From Tubulanus polymorphus (taxonomy: Eukaryota > Animalia > Nemertea): a DNA stretch of 64,000 bases. Where the stretch lies: assembly GCF_964204645.1 (NCBI RefSeq), contig NC_134028.1, positions 14,329,653 to 14,393,652 on the forward strand. The letters run 5' to 3'. The notes beneath the pieces are model-generated. The model saw nothing but the letters and a program-made list of their open reading frames with translations. It was not told the DNA's origin and ran no database searches. Below are positions 37,801 through 50,630 of this stretch, in pieces. A program made the position numbers and the translations under genes. How positions within the stretch are numbered: the stretch's first letter is position 1; every line of letters begins with the position of its first letter.

Positions 37801-39059
37801 TTAATACATAACACTATTCAATTGAGAATTTACAATATTTAATTGCGCGTCAGATATAATATAAATGTGCATTTTGAAATTTTTGATTCCTTTATTCTTT
37901 GTCATGAATAATTGTATTCCATCTTTAGTGTTCTGTAATTTTTTTCCAGAACCATGTAATGAATTATCCTCTGTTGTTCTTAAATCTAACCATAATGCAT
38001 ATTTATTACCGGTATAAAAATCAATTTGATTAATGTTACAATTTTCAGATGATTTTACTTTTTCATTCATAAAATGTTTTCTAATTTCTGGCCATTGATC
38101 TATCATTCTCATTCCTTGACAAAATATTTTATTTGCTATTCCTTCGATAGTTATTTCTACTTTTGTTATTTCAGGATTATAATAATTATCAACATTTATT
38201 GCGCCATTAGTATATGTTGCAATGATAAAAAATATCAATATACCTTTAATAGATCTTCTTGGGAAGTTAATATTTTCATTAATAATTTCATCATTTGCAT
38301 TAATAGTTACAGTTTTAAATTTATCAATATAATCATATAATAATGACAACCATTATAAAATCCTTGATTGTATTTAGTTTGAATTATACTTGAAATATTT
38401 TCATCAGTTACTGTATCATATTCTAAACATATATTCGATAATTTATAACTCATATCTTTATAAACGCTAGATATTACAATTTCATTAACAGGAGCAAATG
38501 TTATTTCGAATATAACGTCTTCTTAAATTGCGTATTTATATAAAGGCGCATTATTATTTATCAATTCAAAGTCTAATGGAATTGTATATTTGCTTCCATA
38601 TATACTTTTTATCAATTTATCTATAGCATTAGTTAATATTGCATTATGCGCTTCTGACCTTAATTTATTTTGGTTTTCTGATTGGATTCCTTAAAATATC
38701 ATATTATTTCTATTTTCTTTAGTTAACCATAAATCTTTATAATGCATAAATAAATTATAATCATCTAATGAGAAAACTGTTTCTGGGCCAATCTTTATCG
38801 TTAATTTTTTAATCAAATATCTTCCAACATTATCAACAACATAATTATTATTATTACCGAGTACTTTTATATCGGCTGATAAATAAATACTATTTGGAAC
38901 ATAAAAAGTATTTTGTGTTAATCGAGGGATTCTAACATATAAAGTTTCATCGGGATTAATATTAGAAGGGTTATGAGTAATTATATGATGCGATCTTTCT
39001 GCTTTAATAGCATTAGATATTCTATGATTCTTAGAAGGATTGATATAACTCCCACTCAT
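37801..39059 (-). pseudogene. Major capsid protein (double jelly-roll, hexon-like), disrupted
   Basis: ~420 codons with a stop at 38691 and a frameshift near 38350; HHIITHNPS..LYVRIP, LWLDLRTTEDNSLHGSG, YIISDAQLNI motifs recalled from adintovirus-type MCPs. Confidence 0.78.
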
Positions 39060-39079
39060 TTATTTAACAAAAAAATTAA

Positions 39080-40539
39080 TTATTTATTTTTTATCATGTT
39101 TACTAACCCATAAATAATAGCACTTACAACTGTAATTAAAAATAAAATAATATGTTCAGCAGCAAAGTTAATAATGTTTCTTGCAGATTTCAATATAAAA
39201 TCAACAATTGATGCAATAATTCCTGGCAATGCTGCAGCAGATTTTTTAGATAGTTCCCATAAATATTTTGCTAATTTCTTCAAACCATCCTTAACTTTAT
39301 CTTGTATAGAATTATTATCATTCGGGGGTTTATCCGGTTTATTGGGAGTAGGAGTAGATTTTAAAGCATTTGATATAGCTAAACCAATTGTTGTAAGTAC
39401 CATAGTTACAGCTGTTAGAATTGAAAGAATTGTTATACCTTCTAACTTAAATAATAATCTTATTCTATCTTTTAATGATATTTTAGAATTTGGTTTTAAT
39501 AGATATCTTTTAAAAACATCTTTAATCTTTTAAAATTACTACCAAATTCTTTTAATAATATATCTCTTTCACCTTTTTGTACTTCTAAATTATCTTTTAA
39601 ATTATCAATTTCTTTTTCTAAACGTATTTCTTTTTGCCTATATTCTATTTCATCAATTACTTGATGATCTAAATCAGTCTTTAATTGTTCTATTTCTTTA
39701 TTTTTATCAGTTAATTCTTTTTCTAAAGTTCTAATTTTAAAATCTCTTATACTTTTATCATGCGCAATTTTATCAGCTTCATTTCTTATACTAATAATTT
39801 CTCTAATTGCTTCATCAGAAAATATATTTAAATCTTCTAATTCTTGATCTGTTGCATCAAGTAATCCATTTGGTAAAAGTAATCCAATCGGAACTTTATT
39901 TGATTTAAGTTTACTAGTTTTGGAAGTTATATTCTGTTCAGAAGTTGTTTCTGTTTCTGAATTTTTATTGATTATTTTTAATAAGTCATCAATTCTTTGA
40001 CTAAATTCTGGTATATTATCATCTCTTTCTTTTTGTGTAACATCAGTTATTTCATTACCATTACTTATTCTCTTAATTCTAAATGTTTCTAAATTTTTCA
40101 AAGTTGATTCCGCTAATATTTTATTTAGTCTTGTCCTTTGATTAGTGATATCAATATAATAATCACCATCCAACTGATAATAATATTTACCTTTTAAAAG
40201 TTTTAAATTTTCTACTAAACGTCCAGCATCTCTATCATTTATATTATACCCAGATCTTTCAAATACAGGTTTGAATTTATAAATATATTCATTATATTCT
40301 AAATTTTTCTTTAATAAATCTGGATTTTCATTTTCAGGATCTATTCTCGATTTAGCTCCTCTAATATATTCATCTGTTGATGGGGCTTTATGACCACTAT
40401 CTGCTAAATTAGAATTATATGCTGATTCATTATCATTATCAATATTAGTATCAGAAGACACATAATCATCATCGTTAGTATTGGCATCATCATTATTTCC
40501 CCTGTTTTCCATTTCATAATCTTCTCCACCTTCTGCCAT
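39080..40539 (-). pseudogene. MAEGG coiled-coil protein with hydrophobic C-terminus (adintovirus 'gasderminX'-like), frameshift near 39500
   Basis: Acidic N-terminus, long coiled coil, then LFKLEGITILSIL..AAALPGIIASIV..HIILFLITV. Confidence 0.65.
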
Positions 40540-40554
40540 TTATATAATAAAAAA

Positions 40555-42292
40555 TTAAAATTGAAAATATAATATTCCTTCGATTACAATTCCTATACAA
40601 GTTATAGCTAATTTAGTATTTTCATGGGATTTATTATCATCATTTAGTTTAATTATTTCATGTTGAATATTATCAGTTTTTATATCTTCTGATGTATTAT
40701 AATCTTTTATTTTAGAATCATTATTTGATTTAATATTATTAGTTTTAGTTTCTGTTGATGGAATATGTTTTTTATTTTTTCCACCTTCCATTAATTTTGG
40801 AGCAGTAATAATCTTTTTATTTATATCATTCAATCCAAATGAATTATTTATTGTTGCAGTTTTAATTAGATTATTGTAACCAATTATATTTCCCATCTTT
40901 AATACTAAATCATTAGAAATAATTAATAGATTAGGGCCAATACAATAATTTAATCTAATATGTGATTTATCTAAATAATTTTGATATCTTGCAATGTTTT
41001 CAGGAATCGATCTATTTTTATCATTATGAATTGAATCTTCAAATAATACTTTGAATTGTTCCTGTGTATCAAGTGATGTATTTAAATTTCCAATTATTGG
41101 GGATCTTGTTTGATCCTGTGATCCTAGAATACATATCAAATAAGTTCTAATAGATTGATTTATTCTTTGCATACCTGATTTTGTACAATCTTCATTATTT
41201 TCTAAAATGAAATAAACCCAACCATTATTGTTTTCTTGTTTTAAATGATCATAAAATTTCGGCAATTTATTGAGATTTAATGTTTCTAAATCCATAGTTT
41301 CTATTTTACCATAACCTAATTTATTATTATACATATTATAAAAACTATTAGATGCTATGGGAAGTGTACAATATTGTAAAATATTCTCAGGACAAGGAAG
41401 TGATCTTATTGTTCCAATTTAAAATCAGAATTATTCATATCTATATTAAATTCATTGCAAATTTTATAAAACTTTGATAAATTAATGAGGAGAGAATCCC
41501 ACAATGATAATAAAAAGTCCGAAAATGAAACTTCGAGATAGAAGTTTATTTCAACGTTACGACTATATCCTAATAGTCATCTTCAGGAATAATGAGATAC
41601 TACAGAAATTATGAGATATATATACAATCCAGAGACAAAGAGACTAATTCAAGTAATCAGAGATGATACAAACTATAGGAAAATTAACGTAGAAACAGTT
41701 ACACGCTAAGATAGATTAAAGGGAAGCAAAACTTCTATCTCGAAGTTTCATTTTCGGACTTTTTATTATCATTGTGGGATTCTCTCCTCATCGCGTCAAC
41801 ACGGATATAGTGTTCTACCAATCGTAACTTTGATAAATTAATATTATTATCTAATTCTTTAAAATATCTAGATCCAGGTAAAGCACACTCTAATTCATTT
41901 AATATTATTCTGATTTGAAAGTATGTATGAAATCTAAATAAACTTTGAATTAATTTATATTTAGAATTATTCAAATGATCATTCAAACTTATTCCACATC
42001 CTGTTGTTGCACAATAAACAGCAAAATTTAATTTGTTCCGCCAATACTTCATATTAGATTTTAATAACCATTGTTTTTCATCTTTCAATTTTTTAAAATT
42101 AATTAAATATACATGAAATATATTTTCCATCTTAGCATTAAAATTATTAGTTTCAGTAACATAAATTTCTAAATTAGTTAATGAATCTAAAACTTCATTT
42201 CTATATGTAATATCTTTATTAAAATCTATTGCAGGAATATTATATTTAATTGATTTATTATATTGGAAAGCTTTTGGAAAACTATCTGCCAT
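40555..42292 (-). pseudogene. Conserved Polinton protein, interrupted by a Penelope-type insertion
   Basis: Homolog of 20651-22038. Confidence 0.8.
41487..41825. mobile_element. Short Penelope-like insertion with inverted terminal segment and 17-bp TSD
   Basis: TSD AACTTTGATAAATTAAT at 41470-41486 and 41826-41842; ~58-bp inverted repeat; hammerhead-like CTGAAGA-TGACTAT..ATAGTC-GTAAC on the minus strand. Confidence 0.75.
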
Positions 42293-42308
42293 TTATATAA
42301 TTAAAAAA

Positions 42309-42743
42309 TTAATAATTCACTAATTCTTTTAATAATTTATCTTGTTCTTCAACTGTTATATGACCATTTAAACTTATTATATAATCTAGTGTATTTTTTA
42401 ATTTATAAATTTCTTTCATATTAGTTTTTATTTTTTCTTTATGTCTTTTTATATTCAATTTTGAACTTATACCGGTTAAAACACTTGATGATAATCCTAA
42501 CACACCAATTGATATAGCTAAAGGTGTTAATGGACTGAATATTGCTAGAAATGTTATTACAGAACTAATTGTAACCGAACCACTTATAATCAAATAATAT
42601 ATAATTTTAGATTTTAAATATTTTTTCTTTTTAACTTTTAAATCATTTTCAAATTCTAATATTTGTTTTTCTTAATATATTTTTAAATTAGTTTTATTTA
42701 TATCATGAGGAATAATATCAATATTATCAACTTTATCTTCCAT
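42309..42743 (-). pseudogene. Two-TM protein homolog with premature stop
   Basis: Matches 20200-20634. Confidence 0.75.
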
Positions 42744-42764
42744 TAATTTAGCAAAAAAAAATTA

Positions 42765-43187
42765 CTAATTAGTAAACTTATAAGCAACAAATATAACAAT
42801 AACTGTTCCACCTAAAATCCATATTATTTCATATTTCTGTTGTTCTTTACTTGGGGTATAATAATCTGATAATTTAGGTTTGTATAGATGTAATTTTTCT
42901 TTATTTGTTACCGCGTTATATAAACTCATTGCATCATCAACTGATTGAAAATCTCTGAGTGAAATCTTCTGATCATATAATTCCTTGTTAATATAATCCA
43001 TATAGTTTTGTCTCTTTTCTCTATATTCTTCAGCTGCTTTATTATATTTCTCTAATGCTAAGTTATGTCTTTTTTGTTCTGTTAATGAACCATTTTTATC
43101 AATATGCTTGAATAAATAACCACCACCAGTAAATGCTAAAGCGTTAACAATGTCCGATCCTATAATAGTTATAACCGCAGAAGCCAT
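42765..43187 (-). CDS. Polinton membrane protein
   Basis: Intact homolog of 19757-20179. Confidence 0.8.
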   Translation of the reverse strand: MASAVITIIGSDIVNALAFTGGGYLFKHIDKNGSLTEQKRHNLALEKYNKAAEEYREKRQNYMDYINKELYDQKISLRDFQSVDDAMSLYNAVTNKEKLHLYKPKLSDYYTPSKEQQKYEIIWILGGTVIVIFVAYKFTN

Positions 43188-43211
43188 TTATTTAGCAAAA
43201 AAATTATGCAT

Positions 43212-43789
43212 TTATATGGGAGGAATATATTTTTGTTTTTCCAAATAATCAATAGTTAAATTAGATAAAGTAACTGCTAATGTTAATTTTAAAATATCAT
43301 TTATATCAAATCTATCAACATTAACACTTCCCATTTTAAATACTTTTTTAATACCATTGAATAACCAACAGTTCCAACTGATAGTAATGCTCCATTATAT
43401 AATCCAGTTAATATCCACTTATTATCACTCATTTATTTATCAAAAAATACTATCATCAAAATATTTAGTTATCTTAGTGATGATTAAATCAACATTTATT
43501 TCATTACTACTTTTATGATTATCATATATTTCAATTATTATTTTTTATTATCATCGATGATAAAATCTTCATCTAATTCATAAAATCTTAAAGATTCTCT
43601 AATTAAATTAGTAGTCTTTTCTACATTTAAAGTTTCTTTATCTATTGTTGTTTCATACTCAAATGTTGTTTCATTAGAAAATGTAATATTTTTGATATGT
43701 GTTATTACATCAGTAATGTTAAATTTCATTTCTTTCTCATGTTTAAAATCAAACCCAAAACATATACTCGGTCCAACAGTTATATTCAT
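43212..43789 (-). pseudogene. Two small Polinton genes (homologs of 19510 and 19228 ORFs), frameshifted
   Basis: Nucleotide colinearity with 19228-19731. Confidence 0.65.
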
Positions 43790-43805
43790 TTATATAGTGA
43801 AAAAA

Positions 43806-44552
43806 TTACTCTTTACATCTTATAACTAATTCATATATCACAGGAAAGTTATTCAAATCAATTAAATAACCATTATGATTTCTTATTTCTAATTTAAAAT
43901 TATTGAATTTAGGAATGCATGGTTTGAAATCACATTCTGTTAAATTATAATTTATTTGCGTTCCAAATTGTTTAACATTTTTAGCGGTAAAATATTTAGT
44001 ATACTAGAACTACAAATTGTTTCTTTAGTTGCTTCGAAAGTTTTTGTAGGCTCGATTAAATTGCAATAAATATAAAAGTGTGTAAAAGGTATTATATTTG
44101 AGCTGCCTTCTGCGTTTCAAGTAACTGTAAGAGGTTTCATTCCTAACATTTTAGCCAGTGGTTTGTTTACCATAAATTTATGTTGTTCATTAGATATCTT
44201 TATTCTTATTTTATTAGTACTATCAATTTTATTAAATTTAATTTCAAATACAGAAGTGCCCCCGATTTTCAACCGAGCTCTTCTATTAATTTCCTGCGCT
44301 AATGATTCTAAATTATATAATCCTGGTTTTAAAAATATATGAAACCATTTATCTCATATAAATCATAAACCCTGTACGTTCAAAAGTTTTATCTGATATA
44401 TTATAAAAAGAATTACATAAACTTATATTTACTAATTTTAAATCAACACAATTCTTGAATTCTCTATCTAATTGTACTAGTAAATTATGAGATTTATAAT
44501 TTGTAAGTTTTCTTGAATCAACAGATATTCTGTATTCTTTTAATTCCACCAT
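43806..44552 (-). pseudogene. Minor capsid (penton-like) protein, frameshifted
   Basis: Homolog of 18459-19217 with a divergent central part. Confidence 0.75.
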
Positions 44553-44569
44553 TTATTTTACATATTTTC

Positions 44570-44923
44570 TTATTCGAAATCTATTTCATGGTGCCCTTTT
44601 TCATTCTTACCTTTGTATACGAAATAGAAATCTCCAGAACATAATTCTTCTAAATCTTCACTTGATAATCTATGAAATCTATCCGGTAAATATGTTCTGA
44701 ATTTATGTGTATTTCCTTTTAATCCTTCATATTCTAAGTGTATAACTAATTTATCTCCATAGTTATTAGTAACTGTAACAATATTTGCAATTAGATATTT
44801 CTTATGGATTGTTAATTCTGTTAACTTTTTGAATTTATAATCTACAGATTTTACATTTGTAGTATCTTTTATTCTATCTAGAAATGATTTGTTGTTTTCA
44901 CTGTGTGTTTGTTTACTCTCCAT
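44570..44923 (-). CDS. Conserved Polinton small protein
   Basis: Intact homolog of 18088-18441. Confidence 0.75.
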   Translation of the reverse strand: MESKQTHSENNKSFLDRIKDTTNVKSVDYKFKKLTELTIHKKYLIANIVTVTNNYGDKLVIHLEYEGLKGNTHKFRTYLPDRFHRLSSEDLEELCSGDFYFVYKGKNEKGHHEIDFE

Positions 44924-44951
44924 TTATAATACATATTTTTATTAAAATTTG

Positions 44952-47900
44952 ATTAACACTTTAGAATTCTTTTCATTATCTCGTTCTCTTTTGTTTCTTC
45001 TCTTTTAAATTTCAAGTATTAATCTAAATTACAACCATAAGCAACTGTATGAATTCCATCATCTAAAATATATCTTTTATCATCAAATGGGTTTAGACTT
45101 ATCTTTTCAATTTCTTCAATAAACATTTCATGATCTTCAGATCTTAAACATCTCATCTTATGTTTTCTAACTTCTTCATTGAATATACAATTGATGTAAT
45201 CTTTGAAATGAATATTCTTTTCTACCACACTTTTGGTTATTCCTTTTAACTTTTTAGCTTCATGTTCTTTAGTTTTATATGAATACATGTTAGATCTAAT
45301 ACCGATGAATTCAATCATTTCTTCACCGCCTAATTCATCCTTAAACTTCCCTGGAACTTTTTTTATTATCATTGCTAAACAATTCATGATCTTTAGGATA
45401 GTTACTAAAATCAAAATGATGTTTTAATGTTTTTAAATCATCAGTTATGTTATCAGTTTTTATCTTTAATATGTAACTGTCGGTATCAAAATATAATATT
45501 TCTATATGTTTTTCTCCAAAAAGTAGTTGTAATACATTATAATAGAATTCATACATTAGTAATTTTGATAATTCTAAAACTGAAGCACCAACATAGATTG
45601 GTTTATTAAATTTCATTGATGTTCTTCTCATCTTAACTGCAGCTAAATGTTCATCAAATATTCTGTTACCAATGAACTTAGGATATGATTGTAAATGTCT
45701 AATTCTTTTACCATTACTTACTAACTCAATATCATTTCTATTTCTAATATTTTCACAAGTCTTACCATAGAATGCATTATTCATTAACTTGAAGAAATCT
45801 TTCTCGAAATCAGTTTTAGCTACAGTTCTCTGTTTGGTGTTAAAATCTATATATTTTTCTAACCACTTAGATTGACTAAATGAAATATAACTATGTACTT
45901 TTTTTAGAATCATTCCTTGACTTAAAACTTTAACATTCTATAATGTACTACATAATTATATTTATCTTCTTGAGTTACCATTAACTTTTCTGTATGAATA
46001 TGATTTTCGGGTTTAATTCTTTTTTGATATTCGATAATTCTTCATGAGTTACAGTTTTATGTTCGGGGCAGTATGCTAGATTTTTAGATTTAAATTTTTT
46101 ATCTTCAGGATATTCTAAATCTACAACAAAGAAGTAACCAGTATCTGAATCATCTGCAATATCTAGGATTCTTTTCTTCCAATCAAATTCATCATTATTT
46201 TCATTCTGTAAAACTTCAGTTAATTCAAATACTCCATAAGGTTGTGGTTCCATCATTGCCCAACCATACAAATTATTTGCATCTATATATAATAACTTAT
46301 ATCCAGGATTATCACTTACATTGAAATATCTATCACCTAATACACCTGAAACTCCTCCTCTTATAGATTTTTCAAACAATAGTAATTGATCTATATTTGT
46401 TAACAAATCCATTTTTATATCTGTAAATTTTAATCCACAATCCCATGTTAAACCTGGACTTGAATAACAATGACAAGGATCAATATTGAAATATTTTAGG
46501 TTTACATCTCTAAACCTTTCGAATATATCGGTTAATAATAATACATCTGATTTTAGATATGAATCTACTAATTGTCCATGATTTTCTATTTTGAAATGAT
46601 TCCAAATATTCAATGTTCTATTATATACTTCATCTTTAACATATTCATTTTTTAATTCATCATAGAATTGTTCTTTCAATAATTCAGTTATGTTAAAATC
46701 ATTATGATTTTTAAAGAAAGAATGTGGAATTGCTCCTTTATATCTCATTAATTGGAAATCATCATTATTTGGGTAGTGTTGTTTTAATATTTTCAATTCA
46801 TCATCGACTAATGATTTTGATAAGTTATCTAATGAACTATTTAAAAATATATATGAATCTATAAATCTTAGGCAACCAAATTGGAATGATATATAATTCT
46901 CAGATGTTTTAGCTAACATTCTAAATTTATAAGTTGGTATTTTATCCTTTGATCTATTTGAATTTAGTCTTTCTATTTCATTATTAATTTCTTCTATTTT
47001 ATGACATAACTGTTTGATGAATAAATGTGCATCATATCCTGATAGATTATGAAATATAACTGGTACAAAGTTAATTTTCTTAGCTTGTAAGTTACAATTC
47101 TCATGTGCAGCGCCTCTAAACTTTCCATTCAAATGATCATGGTCTCTTACTTTTTTATCTTTATAATTAAATATCTTTTCACAATAATAACATTTATCTG
47201 CAAACTCAAATGCTTCTTTATCTTCTTCTGTCATTATAATTTCTATATTTGTATTCAATAATTTACTAAATCTTATTTCATATTCTATTAATAAGTCACA
47301 AAAATGATTGATAACATTTTCATTTCTGTAATGATAATATTCACTTTCAATTAGTTCTGGATAATCAGATTTAATATATAACCCGAAAGCAGCAGCTGAT
47401 TGATGAATCTTTTTAATAGTATTTGTTATTGGTGGTTCTTCTGAATAATCATTTTCATTAGAATTTAATTTCTTTCTCTTATAATATATTTTTTTTCTAT
47501 CTTGATCAGTTAGTTCTTTATTTAATGATTCAAAATCTCCATATATAACAAATGGTACTTTATTTTTGTAATCATATTTTTTTAATTCTAATATTTTATC
47601 CTTTTCATTTGGTAAAACTAATTTACAATAATCATGATTTTCACATAATTGTTTATGATTTAATAATGCACTTTCAGTTCTGAATTTATGTAAATATTTT
47701 CTACATAGATATATTTTATTATCAAAATCATTTTCTGATTTAAAAAATAAATCAATTCTTTTAATCCACATATAATGATTTTCATAATATAATATATCTA
47801 TAACATCATTTGAATCATAATCTTTTGATAGATATGAAGGTTCTAATGTATAATGTTTTATATTGTTACCTTTTGTATTTGGTAATTTGAGTAAATCAAA

Positions 47901-48983
47901 CACATTTATCTTTATATTATTATCTCTTTCTATTTTTGGGATGTTTTTAATTCTAACAGGATACTTATCTATCTTATAATTATTTTCAAATGGTTTATAA
48001 TGAGTTAATCTACAAATATTATCAGTTGCAGGATGTAAGCAACTAATTATAGCCCATAGAAAACATTTATCATCAAAATTTTGTACATTTATTACAGCAT
48101 TAGTTTTAAATGGTAGTTTAATATAACTCGATGCTTCAATATCTGGTTCTTTATAATATGATACATTATTTTCATCTATTGGTTTCGATTTAGTTAACTT
48201 ATTATATTTTGTGTTATAAACATGTAAAGTCATAAATATTATTTCATCAAATATTAAACCAGATCCTTCAAAATATTTCTCTTCTATTTTAGTTTTTACT
48301 TCATTATAACGTTTATCTAATTTTTCATCTATATGTTGTTTTGAAATAATATGTTGTGAATGAGAATTTATATTATATATTGGTTTATCTTCAGATTTTA
48401 TGAATTTAACTTAAGAAGATATACTTATTTTAGGATATTCAACATCAGTTATTATTTTTATTATTTCTTTCATATTTTCTAAATGTTTTTTATTTTCTTC
48501 TAATGTTTTTCCTTTATGAAATTTAAACTCAATAGCTGCTGGACCAATATCACTTTTAAATGCTTCGGTTATCTCTATATCTTTTTTATTATCTAATGAA
48601 TTAATATAATTTCTTACATCTTCCATGTATGGCCTTTTATTGTTTAATTTATTTTTTATGCTTTTAATTGTCTTCTGTTTCTTATCATTATCTTTATCAA
48701 AATAATCTTCACCTAAAATATCATTATTCTTATTTCTAATATGACTTTTAGATTTTAAATGTTCATTATAATATCTTTTATCACTGAATGATTGATGACA
48801 TGTATCACATTTGTATGTTTCTTTTTCATTCTTTAATTCATCTAATTTAGTTTCTAATATATCATCTTTATATTCTAGTTTCAATTTATTCTCTAAATGT
48901 GTTTTAGTTTTATTGTGTCTTGATTTTTGGGATTTATCTATATTGATATTACATGTTGGACAGTAGTACTTATTTGCTTCCAT
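44952..48983 (-). pseudogene. polB: Full-length protein-primed DNA polymerase B with N-terminal zinc fingers and endonuclease VII-like insert; several stops and frameshifts
   Basis: 48411-48983 and 45981-48233 share a frame across one stop; exonuclease (YGDFES, FHNLSGYD) and polymerase (YIDANNLYG, KLMNNAFYGK, YFDTDS) motifs. Confidence 0.93.
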
Positions 48984-50630
48984 TTTAATACTAAATTTTT
49001 TTTAAAATTGATTTTAGAAGTTCTTCATTTATATTTTATTCATGTATATGAATATTTTAAGAGCGAAACTCATAAAAAATGAAAAATAATTCTCGCACCC
49101 TCGAATTTATTTTTCATTTTTTATGAGTTTCACTCCTAATTCAAGTAGAAATTATTGTTATTTTTATATTCTTCATTTTTATGAGCTCGCCCATTCAACC
49201 TTTTACCTAGAACAACTAAACCCCTATTACTAATTGGTTCTCCCAAGAACCCTGTCAAGAACCATTTGATAATATTGAAAGGGTTCTAACAAGAACCCTT
49301 TATACGAAATGGTTCTTCAAAGAACCTTTACCAGGGGTTCTTCAAGGAACCCTACAAAAAAGGTTGTTTGAAGAACCTTTAGGGGTTCTCCCTGGGAGGC
49401 AAGCCCAAGAACCCCTAAAGGTTCTTAGGTAGAACCCTTTGTTCTAAGAGTGCATGGTTGACAAACAGTGTTGGGCCTGTGCCGGCGGTTGGTGCGAATT
49501 GGGGCTAAAATATGCTGGTTGGACAGTTGGTTAGGTTGTGAAGTGTCGAAGAAAACCTACCGGTATTTATGTGTCTATATAGGCCTATTATAGTAGCCAA
49601 TACCACTTAAAGTACGAAGTTTAACCCGTACGTGACTGTACGGTGATCTCCACAGGTTAACTGTACGTGAGTTCCCTACAAATGCCGTACGCGAGTTCCT
49701 ATAATCTACATACACGCATGCGTGAAAGAATAGGGCTTGAGTTAGGTGAAGCTATTTGTCAACCTACTCATAATCACACGGCTAACCTGTGGAAATCACA
49801 GTACCGTCACGTATGGGTAACAACTGCGTGTTAAGTATTAAGTGAGTACGATAAGCCCACCATGCCTACGTACTACAAACCAAACTTTTTCCTCCCCGTC
49901 GGCCCTACACTGATGTTACTATAACTGGTACCGTACCATAATCACATGGATAGGATTTGGTCAGGACTAGCCTAAAGTCTAATTCAGTCTATGCACTATT
50001 CACTCGATATAATTAAAACAATACTAGTGAAGTATCCACACGCAAAAAGGCTAATTGATTTGAGCCATGCAATTAAAATTTACTCAGGCCTCACTGACCT
50101 GCTGGCATTAATAGTCAATCCTAGATCCAAAACGTTCATGTCGTCACGGCTTGAATACCAGATATCATTGTAGACATTTTGCTGTACGTAGGTTGGGTAT
50201 ACCGATTTCTCCAATCTTGACTGATAAGTGTAGGCCTATGGTACGGCTGTACGCATTATACAATTGTACCAATGGGAATAGGCCAACCTATTGATTGGGC
50301 ATAATATTTCCTGCTTTATAATACTGAAATAAGCCGTTCATTCGTTTCAAATATCCAACATCGGTGAAAGTTTGATTACTGTATACATGTACTGTAGGTT
50401 TTCATGTTGTATGAATAATTTGTAGTTCAAATGGGTATGATGCTGATTCCAATGTCAACACATGAAGTTAAATGGTCAAGGACAGTAATCAACAAGATAT
50501 CCCTCTTCGACCGACGTTGCACCGAAGAATATGATTCTTTCAACTGTTCAACTGTTCGACCGTTCTTTCGAGCAAAGTGATTCAACACGATCACATAACA
50601 CTGGAATAGGTTTGTAGTGACGAACAGTTA

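Larger units (their letters stand above)
33702..49231. mobile_element. Near-complete Polinton/Maverick (adintovirus-like) endogenous virus, 15.5 kb, mildly decayed
   Basis: Ends AGTAATAGGGG / CCCCTATTACT; integrase, A32/FtsK ATPase, MCP, penton and pPolB in two convergent gene blocks. Confidence 0.95.
33265..49452. mobile_element. CACT-ended (EnSpm/CACTA-like) non-autonomous DNA transposon split by the Polinton
   Basis: TIR CACTCTTAGAACAAA / TTTGTTCTAAGAGTG; 2-bp TSD CA; GGTTCT/AGAACC subterminal repeats; empty site visible at ~51295 in copy B. Confidence 0.85.

Noticed and set aside
37108-39533. Plus-strand ORFs 37108, 38074 and 39174
   Set aside because: Antisense shadows of minus-strand viral genes
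15852-48983. Bacterial or phage contamination as the source of the AT-rich gene-dense blocks
   Set aside because: The blocks sit within introns of a spliced gene and inside host repeats, and carry host TE insertions
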